Origin: Stegostoma tigrinum
Taxonomy: Eukaryota
NCBI RefSeq assembly: GCF_030684315.1
Contig: NC_081356.1
Location: 29,971,197 to 30,035,196 of the forward strand
Direction of reading: 5' to 3'
DNA: 64,000 nt
The notes under the pieces are model-generated. The model was not told the DNA's origin. It ran no database searches and was given only the letters and a program-made list of their open reading frames with translations. Positions 1-12,606 of the stretch are shown here, one piece after another (position 1 is the stretch's first letter; each line of letters opens with the position of its first letter). The position numbers were made by a program, and so were the translations under genes.

Positions 1-342
1 GAGATGCAAACAGTTACTATTTGGAGGTCCTGAATGTGAGAGGAAAAAAAAAGTGGCAAATGTCAGGCATTCCACTCAAAGTAATTCACTAAAAGTAAAA
101 CAAAGTTTCTTGGAAGTGCAATAGGCATCACTTAATTGGGAGTCTACCTTAATGCAGTCTGGAGGCCAATTTAAAACTATGTAATTTAATACAATTACAG
201 ATTGGATGGAATATTTTACAAGATGCTCCAAGTATGCACTTTATTGATTGGTCACTGCAAAACCTTGAAGCATGATCTGATTTTAAACACTTCCAGCAAG
301 GGGCTGGACAGAGATATCAATGTGAAAATAAATTTCTCTCAC

Positions 343-569
343 CTCATGCTAGGAATAGCGTGGTAACCCAACCGAAATTTCAATGTGTCAGTATGTGGAC
401 ATTCTTGAACCAGCTTTTGGCCAACTTGGTGCATGTGTTGAAGTAGAGTTGAGTGATCCCTCGTCACAGCCTTCAGACTGGAGATAGATTCCCATGGCAA
501 AACCAGCCAGTGAAATCGGGCCTTTGGATATTTGTCCTTAATTACAACAACTTTATCATCTTTACACAC
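343..569 (-). CDS. APTX: APTX coding exon 5 (HIT domain, 227 nt)
   Basis: cag|GTGTGTAAA...ATGAG|gtgag; encodes [15 protein letters not shown] and LGYHAIPSM. Confidence 0.95.
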
Positions 570-3500
570 CTGTTGGAGGGAGAAAAAAAGTATTGGCACC
601 AATCAATAAAAGTATAGGGAAACATAACATTATGTTTTATATTAATGTAATATAATGGTCCTATCTTCCCATCACCCCATCAGTACCACCCCATCCCCTC
701 TCAACCCTTTTTGGAAACATTTTATGGATACTAATGATTAGCAATCCAGACAGAGCACATGGAGAGGAAACAGAGATAGTTTAGCAGGAAGGAGCAGAGT
801 GGAAATGGAATAAGTAAACCTAGAATAATAAGCTTGCAAATTTGAGGGTGGGCAGTAAATGGGCAATATCCCAGGTTCTGTTTGCCTCACTAAGCAGCAG
901 TTTTCAATGTCGGCAATCTTTCAATTGCTGAGTATATGATATAAGCATAGAATTTTACAGTTCAGACTCAGGCTGTTCTGCCCATCCACAAGCCTTTCCC
1001 ACTACTCATACAGTCATACAGCACAGAAACAGACCCTTTGGTCCAATCAGTCCATGCCGAACGTAATCCCAAACTAATCTGGCACCCCCCCCCCCCCCCC
1101 ACCCCCGAAACAGCCTATAGCCCTCCAAACATTTCCTATTCACATACTTATACAAGTGTCTTTTAAACATTGAGACTGTGCCCATATCCTCCACTTCCCC
1201 AGGAAGTTGATTCTACATGCCAACTGTGTGAAAAAAATTTACCCCTCATCTTTTTTAAATCTCTCTCCTCTCATTAAAAACGTGCCCCTTAGTCTTGAAA
1301 TACCCCATCCTAGGAGAAAGACACCTACAATTAACACTATTTATACCTCTCATGATTTTATAAGGTCACCTCTCAATCTCCTATGCTCCAGTGAAAAAAG
1401 GTCCCAGCCTATGTAGTCTTTCTTGAAAACTCAAACCTACCAGCAACTTTGTATATATCTCTTCTGAACCCTCACTGGCTTAATAATATGCTTCCCATAA
1501 TTGGTCTCATCCAATAATTACTGACTATCCTAGATTTGTGACCCTAGTTTTGGTCTCGTACTCAAAAAAAAAGTGTACCCGATCAAACACAGTTCATAAT
1601 CTTAAAGATCTCTATTTGATCACCTCTTAACCTTCTCTTTCCTAGAGATGAGATTTTGATTGTGATGAGCTGAGAAGACAGTTAGTCAATAAATGTGATT
1701 CTGTGGGTACCATGGAGGGAGCATAAATTGTGGAACCTTCACCAATTATTACCAGCTCCAGTTGGCACATTTACTTTATGCTGCATCTTGAAGAAGTACT
1801 ACAATAATCTGAAGAATAACGCATGGATAGGGTGAATGGCCAAGGTCTTTTTCCTAGGGTGTGGGTGAGGGCATAGGTTTAAAGTGAGAGGGGAAACATT
1901 TAAAAAAGACTGGAGTGGTAACTTTTTCAGAGGTTGGTACATGTTTGGAATGAACTGCCAGAGGAAGTGTTGGAGGTAGGTACAATTATAACATATAAAA
2001 GCATCTGGATGGGTAAATGAATAGGAAGGGTTGAGAGAGACTTGGACCAAATGGGACTAAATCAGATTGGAACATCTAGTTGACGTGGGCGAGTTGGACT
2101 GAAGTGTCTGTTTCCGTGTTGTATAACTATAATAAAAATGAAATGAGTGTGAAGAGCCTCATGAAGCACAAACAACAGTTGTGCCAAGGAGTCTGTTTGT
2201 GTGCAGTGAGCATGGTGTAACTCCATGAATCATCCATTGTCATCCCTTTCTGACATATTTAGCAATTGACAATACACTATATCTTTCAGTGTGTGTCTGT
2301 CTCACTCAATGTAAAAGTTGAAATTTTATTTTTACAAACATGATACAAAGAAAGCATGATAGTTTTTGGGGGGAAAAAAAGTTAGTACCTGCATTTTAGG
2401 GTCCTGCATGGAGATCTTTAGCCCCTGACTCCACATTCCTTGAAAATCCTAAAAAGGGCAAAGTGGAAACATGCTTATGCAACATATTGATGTTTCGACA
2501 ATAAATATTTCTCCCTCTAGATAATTATAATGACAAACATGTTTTATTTCCTTAATTCTCTCTGGATGTTGATGTTACTGGCAAGGTCAGCATTTACTAT
2601 CCATCCCCCATATCCTCGGAGAAAGTGCTGGTGAACCATCTTCTTGACTATAACTGATCACCGTTATTTTTATTCCATGTTATTTAGTTAATTGAATTGA
2701 AATATTCTTGAAAAGACAGCCATGTTGTGGAAGCTTTTAACCTTCCACTCAAGACAAACAAAAATGGCAAATTCAAATAATCATAACAGTTCTACTACAG
2801 GAGAAAGGGATTAGACTGGTTAGCAAGTCAACTGATTGGCCAAACACTGCCAAAGAGAAAGCAATGAGGAACTATAAATTGCCAAGCCCTTGAGTAATTC
2901 AAAAGAGGTACAAGACTTGAACACCTTTCCATGTTTGCTGAGCTGCCACATAGGAAATAATGTCACTGAGCAAGCATAAATTAGCCATGGTATAATTTAA
3001 ATTACCCATTTGGTGAGCTGAGATTTGAACTTGTGTCTGTAGGTCAAAAGTCCAGGAATCCAGATTGCTAGTAACACCACATTCTTCATAATGTATCCCT
3101 AATCCTACATATTTGTGAGCAGACTCTAACTTTACCACTATGTTGTCTTTCTCTTGTTACTGGACTGATAATCCTGAGGTCTAGACTAAATTTTTGGGAG
3201 CATGGGTTCATATCCCATCGCAGTAGCTCATGGAATTTAAATCAAACGTAAGAAAATTTTAAAATGAAAGCTAGTCTCAGTAATGGCGGTCACAGTCATC
3301 CCTGATTATCATTAAAACCCATTTGGTTCACAGGAAATCTGCCATTCTTACTATTCTGGTGACTCCAGAACACTGAAACAGTCAACTCCTAACTATTTTA
3401 TAAAATGGCCTAGCAAGGCACTCTGTTCAAGGGAAATAAGGGATAGGCAATTGATGTTGGCCTTACCATCAACACCCACATCTTGTTAGGAGAACAATTT

Positions 3501-6500
3501 TTTTTAAAAAAACAAACTTTTAGAAGTATACACAAGATATAAAACAAATGGGATGATAACCTACTGTCAAATGCACGAGTTACTGGAATCTTGCATTGGG
3601 AGGAACAAGTGGACACATAGACAACCCCACTCTTCCTGGTCAAGGAAAGGTACTTTTTGCCAGATGATAAAAACTTTTTTAAAAATATAAACAGATAAGC
3701 AAATAAATTGAAGAATACTGTATTCTGCTTTTTCAGAACTAAAGTTTTCATCCAGCCAAGATTTTCATCATCCTTGTTAAATCATAAGCCACTTGAGGCT
3801 GGATATTCATTGAGCAGCAGCTAATCTTAAGACAAGGACCAAACCCTGCCTGCCATTCACTGCTGCATCTGTGTCCTTAATTTGTGAACTTTAACAGAAA
3901 AGATGGTCAAGGGTCAGTTAGTTATGAGAGAAGAGGCCAGACAGTGAGGTATAAATGGAGATGGTGATATTTAAAACAATGTTATATAGAGTGGGCCAAG
4001 TTAACCCTAATCAATTACTTTTCTTCCCGAGGCGTCAGAGGAGTTCACTGGAGTCACAGAGTTGCTGCTATTTTCTGCCTTATACCCATCTTTGGTCTTC
4101 TCTTTCTTCGCTTCAGGCTCAGAGTTAAATGTGTGATGCTGCCTTGGATTGGAGTCTTCAGTCTTCAGGTGTTTATTTGACACACTGGAGCCACTAAGTG
4201 GAGAAATCTCTTTCTGTGTCCTCTTTAGTGACAATGCGTCCCTGTCTGATGTCCCTTCTTCGAACCTTATGGTGTAGGGGTAGAGCCGATTGACAACATA
4301 AAGGTCCTGTCCTGGCTTTAACTTCACCTCTTGATCTCTTTTCAAGTCTTCAGAATTGACATTGCTTGGATTTACGCCCAACTTTAGGGTTACATGGTTA
4401 GGGGAGGGAAAGACAAAAAAAAAAGTTATTTTCCGGAACCTGTTGAGTACTTGCAATATTTTTTGTTTAGTTTTCATACCAATAACTTCCACAGAACCTT
4501 GCCTCAGAATTATTTGTCCAACTCTTTTGGGAGGAGGAGTTAATTGATTTTAAGCTTCATAAATGGCTCAGGAAAATTTTTAAAATGAAAACATATCATA
4601 AACACAACAGAACAGAGCCATAATACTTCAGTAAAGATTGAAGGATCCAGTCTTGTATATAAGTCCACCATTTAATCCTTTCAGAGAATTATTTTAATCA
4701 ATCAACTAGTAGGAAATTAATCAGTATTCAGAACAGAGTAATTATTCTTCATAGAATATGCATCTTAAAACAACAAGCAATCTTTTTGACAACCACACAA
4801 CCACCTCTTTAGTGTATTATGTTAATGATTGATTTATGCACTGTAATGCCATACTTAAGAAGTTAATTGCCCAGGGATCTCATTGTTTGAAACAGTCATC
4901 TCATTCACCTTTGCTTTCTCCCTTTCAGGTATTTATCCAATTCCCTTTTGAAAGTTACTTTTGAATCTGTTACCACCACTCTTCAGGCAGAACATTTTAG
5001 ATCATTAACCATTGCTTTAGAAATAAATCAATCACCTTGCTCCAAGTTCTTTTGCCAATTCTGTGGTGATTATTTAGATTTGTATCCTAATTACCAACAG
5101 TCCTGAGAGGAAAGCAGTTTCTCTTGATCAAATCTGCTCATACATTTGAGCAGATCTGTTAAATACATAACAGTGAAAAAAAGCAAACCAGAGATACTTA
5201 CCTGTTTTACAAGAACATATCCCTTATTGTAATCTGCTTTCAGCTGTACTGGAAAACAACAGTACAAAAATGGTAACATTAATTTTCTACATCCATCTAA
5301 ATTCCATTTTAATTTCTTAATATATCCCTTCATCTCAAATGTGAGCCAGGGCAAGAATACTATTAATAGAATTGTTGATAATTTTTAAAAAAAAAAATCA
5401 TAGAGTGAACAAACAAGGTGAGTACATTCAGCCTACCAAGCAAATGCCAGCTCTTTGTAATTAGTAAAATTCAATGGATTATATTTTCATTCTCACACTT
5501 CATGCTGCCAAATCTAAATACATAAAACAATAATAAAAATTGGAAGTATAAACAGTAATAAAATTTCTGCATGTCCCAGGACTCATCAGTATGTCATAAA
5601 AGTTGGAAATCCCAAAGATTAATGACGTACAACCGGCCCCCACAACAAACTTGTAGCATGGATTAGAAAGTTTATCCAATGAGATATCAGTGAAACCGCC
5701 AAAGTAAACTTCCAGGTTCAATCCACAGTCTTTGTTCAGCCAGAACAGTAGCAGATGGACTATGACTGGTCTCACTATAGGTTACGAATAAGTCATCTTT
5801 TCAAGATCATGAAAAACAGGAGCGGGGTATGCAGCCTTTTGAAAATTCTCCACTAGCCAAAAGGTCACATCACAGCTGATCTGACTGTGGCCTGAGCTCC
5901 ACTTTCTTGCCTGACTCTTATCCCGCTCATTCCTTGACTGCTTTTTCAATCAAAAATCTATTATTCAGCCTGAAATATATTCAATGAAAAGCCTCCACGG
6001 CTCACTGGAGGAAGGAAATTCCATCGTAAATTGAACCTTTACTTTGTAGCTCTCGATTCCCTCATGAAAGAAAGTATCCTTTCAGCGTCTAGCTCATCAA
6101 GTCGCCAAAACATCTAATATGAATGTGGATTTCACCAGCTTCAAAATCTCCCTCCCCCCACTGCATCCCAGAACCAGCCCAGCTCGTCCCAGCCTCCCTA
6201 ACCTGTTCTTCCTCTCACCTATCCCCTCCTCCCACCTCAAGCCACACCTCCATTTCCTACTTACTAACCTCATCCCACCCCCTTGACCTATCCCCTCCCT
6301 ACCTCCCCACCCATACTCTTCTCTCCACCCATCTTCAGTCCACCTCCCTACTTATTTCAGAATCTTCTCCCCATCCCACTTTTCTGATGAAGGGTCTAGG
6401 CCCGAAACATCAGCTTTTGTGCTCCTAAGATGCTGCTTAGCCTGCTAAGTTCATCCAGCCCCACACTTAGTTATCTAATATGGAACGTTCTGCTTAATGT

Positions 6501-6852
6501 TTCTTGAACAAATTTGATTAAACTACTGACCCTACTCCAGTCCACAGATCCCTTGTATTCAACCCAGTTTCCCAAGGACATTATCTCCATGCCAATAGAG
6601 CCATTTTCTCCTCCAGTTTGGTCATTTCAGCTTGCAAATATCTCTAACCTACTGATTTCTAAGCAATATCCAATTTGTTTTGAAGCCGTTGGAAATTTCA
6701 TACAAAAAAAGTTACCACTCACCTTGATGCCGTGAACATTTTTTATCTGTTATTTTGGTTTCAGGACTCCTTCCAATCATAACACAGACTAAGTGTGCCA
6801 GTTGTATTGGTTGGTGCCTCCCATCTTTACTAACCAACCAACAAACTCGCAT
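343..6852 (-). CDS. APTX: Aprataxin (FHA + HIT + zinc-finger DNA deadenylase), 5' part; coding exons 6852-6723, 5248-5202, 4381-4019, 2448-2389, 569-343; gene continues beyond the left edge
   Basis: Spliced translation [21 protein letters not shown]...[38 protein letters not shown].../[40 protein letters not shown]...[10 protein letters not shown] matches aprataxin. All introns are GT-AG and phases are consistent. Confidence 0.96.
1005..1510 (-). mobile_element. CR1 LINE 3' fragment
   Basis: Reverse complement of the CR1 3' UTR (gggtctgtttctgtgctgtatgac) plus C-terminal ORF2 remnants. Confidence 0.75.
1820..2135 (+). mobile_element. CR1 LINE 3' fragment
   Basis: gggcataggtttaaagtgagaggg, tggaatgaactgccagagg and 3' tail tctgtttccgtgttgtataactat. 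Confidence 0.75.
2389..2448 (-). CDS. APTX: APTX coding exon 4 (60 nt)
   Basis: tttttag|GAT...CAG|gtacta; [20 protein letters not shown]. Confidence 0.93.
2700..2960 (-). mobile_element. Decayed Penelope-like terminal fragment (related to 52540-52810)
   Basis: Reverse-complement similarity to 52620-52810 (ccaatcag, acttgc.aacca, aaagcttc.ac..catg). Confidence 0.4.
3170..3490 (+). mobile_element. tRNA-derived SINE with LINE-derived 3' tail
   Basis: B-box-like gggttcatatccc head; body similar to 60480-60805 (reverse); tail agggataggcaattgatgttggcctt...cccacatc. Confidence 0.6.
4019..4381 (-). CDS. APTX: APTX coding exon 3 (FHA C-terminal half plus linker, 363 nt)
   Basis: Pyrimidine tract...aag|TTGGGCGTAAAT; [36 protein letters not shown]; donor AAA|gtaatt is phase 0 and fits the next exon. 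Confidence 0.9.
5202..5248 (-). CDS. APTX: APTX coding exon 2 (47 nt)
   Basis: ttttccag|TACAGCTG...CAG|gtaagt; [16 protein letters not shown]. Confidence 0.94.
5810..6110 (-). mobile_element. CR1 LINE 3' fragment
   Basis: Reverse complement of a CR1 3' end (tggaatttcc..., gatcagc, aggagc). Confidence 0.55.
6122..6472 (+). mobile_element. Penelope-like element 3' fragment (pLTR with hammerhead motif), 10-bp TSD ATCTAATATG
   Basis: Collinear with the 3' end of the GIY-YIG element at 44655-45040; identical flanks at 6112-6121 and 6473-6482. Confidence 0.85.
6384..6411 (+). ncRNA. Minimal type I hammerhead ribozyme motif (PLE pLTR)
   Basis: CTGATGA-A-GGGT(CTAG)GCCC-GAAAC-ATC; the other copies have GTC, so ATC is likely CpG decay. 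Confidence 0.6.
6723..6852 (-). CDS. APTX: APTX first coding exon (FHA N-terminus; exon acceptor at 6857-6858)
   Basis: ttgcag|AATAATGCGAGTTTGTTGG...CAAG|gtgag; [43 protein letters not shown] (not in the ORF track). Confidence 0.93.
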
Positions 6853-7435
6853 TATTCTGCAAGACAGAAAATTAGTTACACTCAGAGATATCCCTTATCT
6901 TCTAACTGTCCAAGGTCTCTGTATGCCAAATCGTCTCTTGTTCATTATAACCTCCCAATGCTGTATACAATGCATTCAGCTCCAAAGGCCAAAGTTGTGA
7001 AATTCCTTCCATGAACCTCTTTATTTCTCTCCTTCTTTAAGGCATTCCCTAAAGTATGTGTCTGACAGAGCTGTTGGCCATTTGTCCTATTACATCCTTA
7101 CAAGGATCTGTGTTGTCTTGTTTCACAATTGCTCATAAATCACCACAATGTTAAAAACTATAAAGATGTAAGTCTCCATTGTAATGTGTTCAATTATTAA
7201 AAACCTAAATCAATTTAGCACTTAAGGATTCATTTATTCTGTACAAATCCACAGCTCCAAAATCAAAGAAATACAAACTAACAGTTTTCTTTAATAAAAA
7301 ATTGGCTACAATTTAACCAACCAGGACACTGACGTTCAAACCTAATCTAAATGAAGTGCTAAGCAAGCTAAAGCAATAGCACTGGGTAGGAAACAAATGT
7401 ACTGTAATTTTATAATCATTCAAATTGAAAGCAAG

Positions 7436-7735
7436 AAGAACTTGCATCTTCTTGCACCTTTCATAATCCAAAAGCAGCTTAAACCTATTGCTTTAGATAT
7501 GTTGCCACAGCTCTAATATAGGACACCGGACATCTGATTTGTTCATATCATGGTCTCATTCACTCCAGTGTCACAGTGAACAGATTATCTTATTGAGGGG
7601 GAGAATGAGGTCTCAAATTAAATATCATTGGAAAGAAATCCCTGATAACGTGACACTTCCTCAGGACTGCGTTAGAGTGTTGTCTCAAGGCTTCTCGTGA
7701 GAAGACTCAAACAATCGCCTCCGGAGACAAAAGTG
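7436..7735 (-). mobile_element. DeuSINE-like (SacSINE1/AmnSINE1-related) SINE, decayed
   Basis: cttgcat...cctttcata...cagattatct..ttgaggg...acttcctcaggactgc resembles the reverse strand of Deu-domain SINEs (from recall of the consensus). Confidence 0.5.
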
Positions 7736-8199
7736 AACGTCTTTCAGCTTACGGGTAACAGCCATTACTTTTGCAAAGCTATTAAAAATGTTTAAAGTGA
7801 TGCGGCTTAAATTACAACGTGTAGAAGAGCTAACTAGAATGATGACGCAAGGCAGACCAGTCATTCCTGTGCTGGCTGTCTGAAAACACTAGTCCTACTC
7901 TCCTACGTGTTTCCTTTTCATGAGTGTACCCAATTTCCTTGAGGGCTATTAATGGACCTCTACCCACGCTCATTGTTGAAGCTAGTCCTACCTGACTGCA
8001 GCAGGTCTGACAGTCCCTGGAATCAGTGGGCCCAAAGGCTCCGCTCAGGAAAGCTGTTTAAAAAAAAAACAAAACCGCAGCCAGCTAACTCCCACACCAG
8101 GGCCTGGGTAACACTTTAAAGAGCAAACGTGTCACTTAGGTTTCCCACATCGCTCTACGATTTAACTATTTATTTTCAAAAAGCAATTGAAAGTGTTCC

Positions 8200-8400
8200 C
8201 CGACGTGCACTGCGACACCCCAGCTTTAGATCACGCATGTGCAACTTGCGCCGCGCATGCGCGCACCGTAGAGGAAAAGCCGCGTGGACGCCATCTTTGT
8301 AAGGCGGGAGCTCTTGTCACTGACCGTCTCGCGAGTGTAAAGGCGACCGGCTTAATGACATAGATAGCTGTATCGGAAGTGAAGTGTCGAAAATTCTTTG
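8200..8400 (-). promoter_or_regulatory. APTX: CpG-rich housekeeping promoter / first exon region of APTX
   Basis: Local CpG enrichment; NRF1 GCGCATGCGC 8253-8262, YY1 CGCCATCTT 8289-8297, TCTCGCGAG (BANP/ZBTB33-type) 8327-8335, ETS CGGAAGTG 8374-8381; 1.4 kb upstream of the first coding exon. Confidence 0.75.
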
Positions 8401-8510
8401 TCAAACCTTCTCGGTTCCTTCCCTCATTCCCTGACACAGGTTGAGTGTTCGTTGAAAAAACCAGACGATGTAGCCGTCGTGAGCCGGGGACTGATGGCGA
8501 GGAAGAGGAT

Positions 8511-8603
8511 CTGATGAAGGGTCTAGGCCCATAACGTCAGCCTTCCTGCTCCTCCGATGCTGCTTGTCTGCTGTGTTCATCCAGCTCCACACCTTGTTGT
8601 ATC
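8511..8603 (+). mobile_element. Solo PLE pLTR module with mutated hammerhead core
   Basis: CTGATGAAGGGTCTAGGCCC-ataac-GTCAGC...ctgtgttcatccagctccacacc. Confidence 0.75.
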
Positions 8604-8857
8604 AGAGAATCTCATTTGTTGTTCTGGTCGCAGTCCCTTTGGTATCATAAACTGCGCTGGCTCTTTGAAAGAGCTTTTCAGTTTATCCCAGATCCTCTGC
8701 TTATTTCCGGCAGAAACCTTGCAAATTCCTCCTTCTCAAATACTTACCTGATTCCCTTTTGAAATTCACTACATTTAATCTGCTTCCTCCTGTCTTTCAG
8801 GTAGCCCATCTAGGTCATAACTCACTGTTTTTAAGAAAATGTTACCTTATTACTCTT

Positions 8858-9022
8858 AGATGACACGGTCTGAAGCTGGATGAACATTTTCTGAAGAAGG
8901 GTCTCGACCTGAAACGTCAAACTTTCCAGCTCCTCTGGTGCTGCTTGACCTGCTGTGTGCATCCAGCTTCATAGCTGTTATGTTACCTCAGATTCTCCAG
9001 CATCAGCAGTTCCTACTATCTC
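8858..9022 (+). mobile_element. PLE pLTR module with short inverted arm, hammerhead motif and tail; 15-bp TSD with 1 mismatch
   Basis: Flanks TACCTTATTACTCTT 8843-8857 and TACCTTAGTACTCTT 9023-9037; core CTGAAGA-A-GGGTC-TC-GACCT-GAAAC-GTC at 8891-8918. Confidence 0.8.
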
Positions 9023-9283
9023 TACCTTAGTACTCTTGTTTTTTCCCCCTCTCCACAAACTGATATGATATTGCCAACATTTTCTCTTTTTAATTACAAT
9101 TATTTGTTGTTTGGACGATTTAAGAGAGAATTTTGACAAAGACAAACAGGAGGCTGGAAGAACACAGCCTGCCAGACAGCACCTGGAAGAAAGGAGCAGC
9201 CAACATTTTGGGTACTGATTGGATTCTAGCATATGCAGATACTTTTTGTCTCTCAACTGAGTAAGACCAAATAATTGGTTGTC

Positions 9284-9584
9284 ATACAGTGGTTAGCACT
9301 GCTGCCTGTCAGTACGAGGGACCCAGGTTTGATTCCACCCTCGGACAACCTTCTATGTGAAGTTTGCACATTCTCCCTGTGTCTGTGTGGGTTTCCTCTG
9401 GGTGCTCCTGTTTCCTCCCAAAGTCCAAAGATGTGCAGGGTAGGTGGATTGGCAATGCAAAATTGCCAATAGTGTTCAAAGATGTGAAGATTAGGTGGAT
9501 GGTGGGTCTGGGTTGTATGCTCTGAGGGTCGTTGTGGACTTGTTGGGCTGAAGGGCCTGTTTCCAAGCTGTAGGGATTCTATGA
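9284..9584 (+). mobile_element. HE1-type V-SINE
   Basis: tRNA head cagtggttagcactgctgcct...ggtttgattcc; V-domain gtttgcacattctccc.gtgtctg.gtgggtttcctc.gggtgctcc.gtttcctccca; CR1-like tail gggctgaagggcctgtttcc. Confidence 0.85.
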
Positions 9585-9974
9585 ATTTATCTAATATTGA
9601 TTGCTGTTTGAGTGTTGGCTATGTCTCAAAGTGAAAATGGAAGCTTTAGTAATTAGCTGAAGCATCCGATTAAGCAGTTGGTTCTTGGGTTTGATGTTGC
9701 ACCGGAGGAGTTAAACTTTGAGATTTTTGCATGACTACTCCACTGGAATTTTTCACAGAATTGCAGTTTGGTGCGGCCTCAATTAGAAGGAATGTTACAG
9801 CACAGAAAGAACCCATTTGAATTGTGGTGTCTCTGAAGGAGCCAATCTCCTGCCAGTGGTATAAGTTTTTATATATTTTTCATTCTTCTGTGAGCTGTAG
9901 GTTTGTGTGGTGTTTAGTAAGCCAGGAGTTCATTTTTATGTTTGCTTCAATGATAGATTACTGTTTGCATTGAT

Positions 9975-10620
9975 TAGGCTAAGTGTATTGTGATTAGAGA
10001 TAGAAATGTAAGAGTAGGGAAGTCTTACTGCGACTGTACAAGGTCCTGGTGAGAAAACATCTGGAATACTTTGAGCAGTTTTAGAGATATAGAATCGGGC
10101 CCTTCGACCCATGATGTTGTGCCGAACATGACGCCAAATGAAACTAATCCCTCCTGCCTTCCATTGGTCCTTATCCTTCCATTCCTTGCGTATTCATGTG
10201 CTTATCTAAAAGTCCTTTAAATGCTCTGATTGTATCTGCCTCCACCACCACCCTTGGCAGTGTGTTCCTGACTCCTACCACTCTCTGCAAAAAAAACACT
10301 TGCCTCTCACATTTCATTTGAACTTGCCCACCCCCGCCTTCACCTTTAATGCATGCTCCATTGTATTTGTTATTTCAACTCAGGAAAAGAGATTCTGACC
10401 ATCAACCTTTTCTGTGCATCTTTATAATTTATAGACTTCTATCAAGTATCCCCTCAGCCTGCGCCACTCAAGAGAAGACAATCCAGGTTTTCCTAGCCTT
10501 TCCTTAAGGGTTATGAGGAAAGTGGATTTAGGGAATGTGTCGCATCAGCCATGATGCTGTTGAATGGCAGTGTAGGCTTGAGGAAACTGAATGGCCTACT
10601 CCTGTTTGTTCTGGTAACAT
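9975..10620. mobile_element. Plus-strand CR1 fragment interrupted by a minus-strand CR1 3' fragment (about 10085-10500)
   Basis: ctgtacaaggtcctggtgag...ctggaatact (LYKVLVR.HLEY), then a reverse CR1 3' end, then a plus-strand CR1 3' UTR (atcagccatgat...ggcctactcctg). Confidence 0.65.
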
Positions 10621-10729
10621 TTTGTATGAACATAACATTTATTTTGACAAAGAGTAATAAATTAGAGCAAATCAGTGTTATTGACTAGATATTTAGAGTT
10701 TTCTCTTTGGGCAGTACCTTCCAAAATAA

Positions 10730-10990
10730 TAGTCACTGACAAGACAATGAAAGCTTATGCATGGGAACACCATCATCTGCTAGTTTTCCTCCAAACCACG
10801 CACCATCCTGACTTGTAACTATTTTGCCATCCTTCACTGTTGCTGTGTCAAAATCCCAAATAACAGTGTAACTGTCTTCGCCACATGGACTGCAGTGGTT
10901 CAAGATGGTAATTCACCATAACCTTCTCAAGAGCAGTTAGGGACGTGTAATAAATGCCAGCTTAGGCAGTGACGGCTGCATCCCACTACA
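10730..10990 (+). mobile_element. LINE 3' end (family sharing its tail with the SINE at 3170/60480)
   Basis: catgggaacacc...catggactgcagtggttcaag...ccttctcaagagcagttaggga...taaatgccagc; related copies at 12700-12920, 35880-36220 and (minus) 47990-48190. Confidence 0.6.
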
Positions 10991-12159
10991 AGTTTGAGTT
11001 TGTCTGTGGAATGTATGCTTTACAATAACTGATTTGAAAATGACAATTCAAAATGACTCATTTGTTTACATATTTTTGATGTAGTGCTAAACTGATTATG
11101 TTTGTGCTGCCAAAAGTGTTACCAAAGAATAATTTAAACTCCAAGTTATCTGTATGCCCTAGACTTTGTTAATTGTAGTTCGAAATGTAGCTGTGTATTG
11201 TGGCCAATATCTGTTGCTGTAACTGTGAATGATGTATCCATGGTTGACTATTGTAAATGAATTAAAGATTGATTGTATTATGAATTGTACAAGTCAATGC
11301 CTTTACTAAATATGGTCGGGGAAATCTTGGATACCAGAACTGAAAAGGGATAAAAGTAGCTCTCTTTTGAGACTATAAAAGAAAATGATGTAACAAGCTA
11401 TTCACACCAACTCATGTGCTAGCATTTACATTTCCCGCTATACTTTTCTTATTTTTCTTTAGCGTATGTTCTTTTTTTCCCTTATACACATATCAAGCTT
11501 TCCCCTTAACTGCATCCATGTTTTTTTCTGCCTCACCTACTCAAAATCACAGAATTGTTGTAACAAAGGAGTCCGTTCAACTGATTGTGTCTAAAGCGGA
11601 GCTGCAGCACTTTGAAGTGAGTTTCACATTCCCATCACTCTGGAAGTCACAGGAAATCTACAGTACAGAAAAAGCCCCTTCTGTATCCATGCCAGTCAAA
11701 AACAAACACCTAACTCTGTGTAAAGAAGTTTCTTCTGAAGTCTCTATTGGAGTTTTCTGTTATATTTGTGTTGGGCAGCTATGGACACCTCTCCCTTCCT
11801 CCCATACCCCACATGCCTTGAAAGCTCTATATGTACCTTATCAGAGTCATACAGTGTGGAAACAGGCTGTCCGGCCCACCATGTCTATATTGATCAACAA
11901 ATACCTAACTAAACTTGCACTTGGTCCCATATCCTAGTATGCCCTGGTATTTTAAATGCTTCTTGAATATTCAGGCAATTGATAGGAATTGAGGAACCTA
12001 AAGACCAAGTATCAACATTGGCTATTTTAAGTTCAGATATTGCATTGGTGGAATGTTGAGTAATGTGCCTTCTAACTTGATCAAATATATCAGATCTGTT
12101 CTCATTCCTGAAGCACTTTAAAAGACAACCTGTTGTAGGTTTATCTCAGTTACAACATG

Positions 12160-12460
12160 GCTGTCATTAGTAATGTCAGTATTTATTGCCCATTCTAATA
12201 AACCTTGAGTAGTTGTTGCTCAACTGTCTTCATGGCTGCCTAAATCCATTTTAGAGGGAACTTAAGAGCCAACCACATTGATATAGGTCTGGCGTCAATA
12301 TAGGATGAGTTGGCAAAAATGGCCACCTTCCTTTCTGAAAGGACATTAATGAATCAAGTGTATTTTGATAACATCAGTAGTTACATGATCACTACCTTTA
12401 TTCTTAATTTATTAAGTAGCAGAATTTAGTCCACGATTTGCTGTGTTGAGTTTTGAACTC
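12160..12460 (-). mobile_element. tRNA-derived SINE (same family as 60480-60805)
   Basis: catttattgcccat...aaggacattaatgaa... matches 60480-60805. Confidence 0.55.
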
Positions 12461-12564
12461 TCAATTTTCGATTTCTTGAAGAAACTGTCTTTTCTTGGTT
12501 CTTGTTATCTGTTGACAGAGTTTAAATACCAGGCTGGAAAACACAACAGCACTTAATCGGATGC

Positions 12565-12606
12565 TGCACTGATGATGTTGCCCAGCAGGGTACTGAAAAG
12601 TCTGTG
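12565..12606 (+). ncRNA. Hammerhead-like motif of a second PLE family
   Basis: TGCA-CTGATGA-T-GTTGCCC(AGCA)GGGTACT-GAAA-AGTC-TGTG; stem I and stem II pairing visible. Confidence 0.5.

Noticed and set aside
1085-1106. Poly-C run (also poly-G at about 16875 and 21331)
   Set aside because: Simple homopolymers inside repeats or intron; no supported function and prone to assembly error.
9284-9345. tRNA gene-like A/B boxes (also 60750-60800)
   Set aside because: SINE heads; no complete cloverleaf.
11416-11937. 173-aa ORF in intergenic DNA
   Set aside because: Non-ATG start, low-complexity Phe/Ser content, and it runs across repeat remnants.
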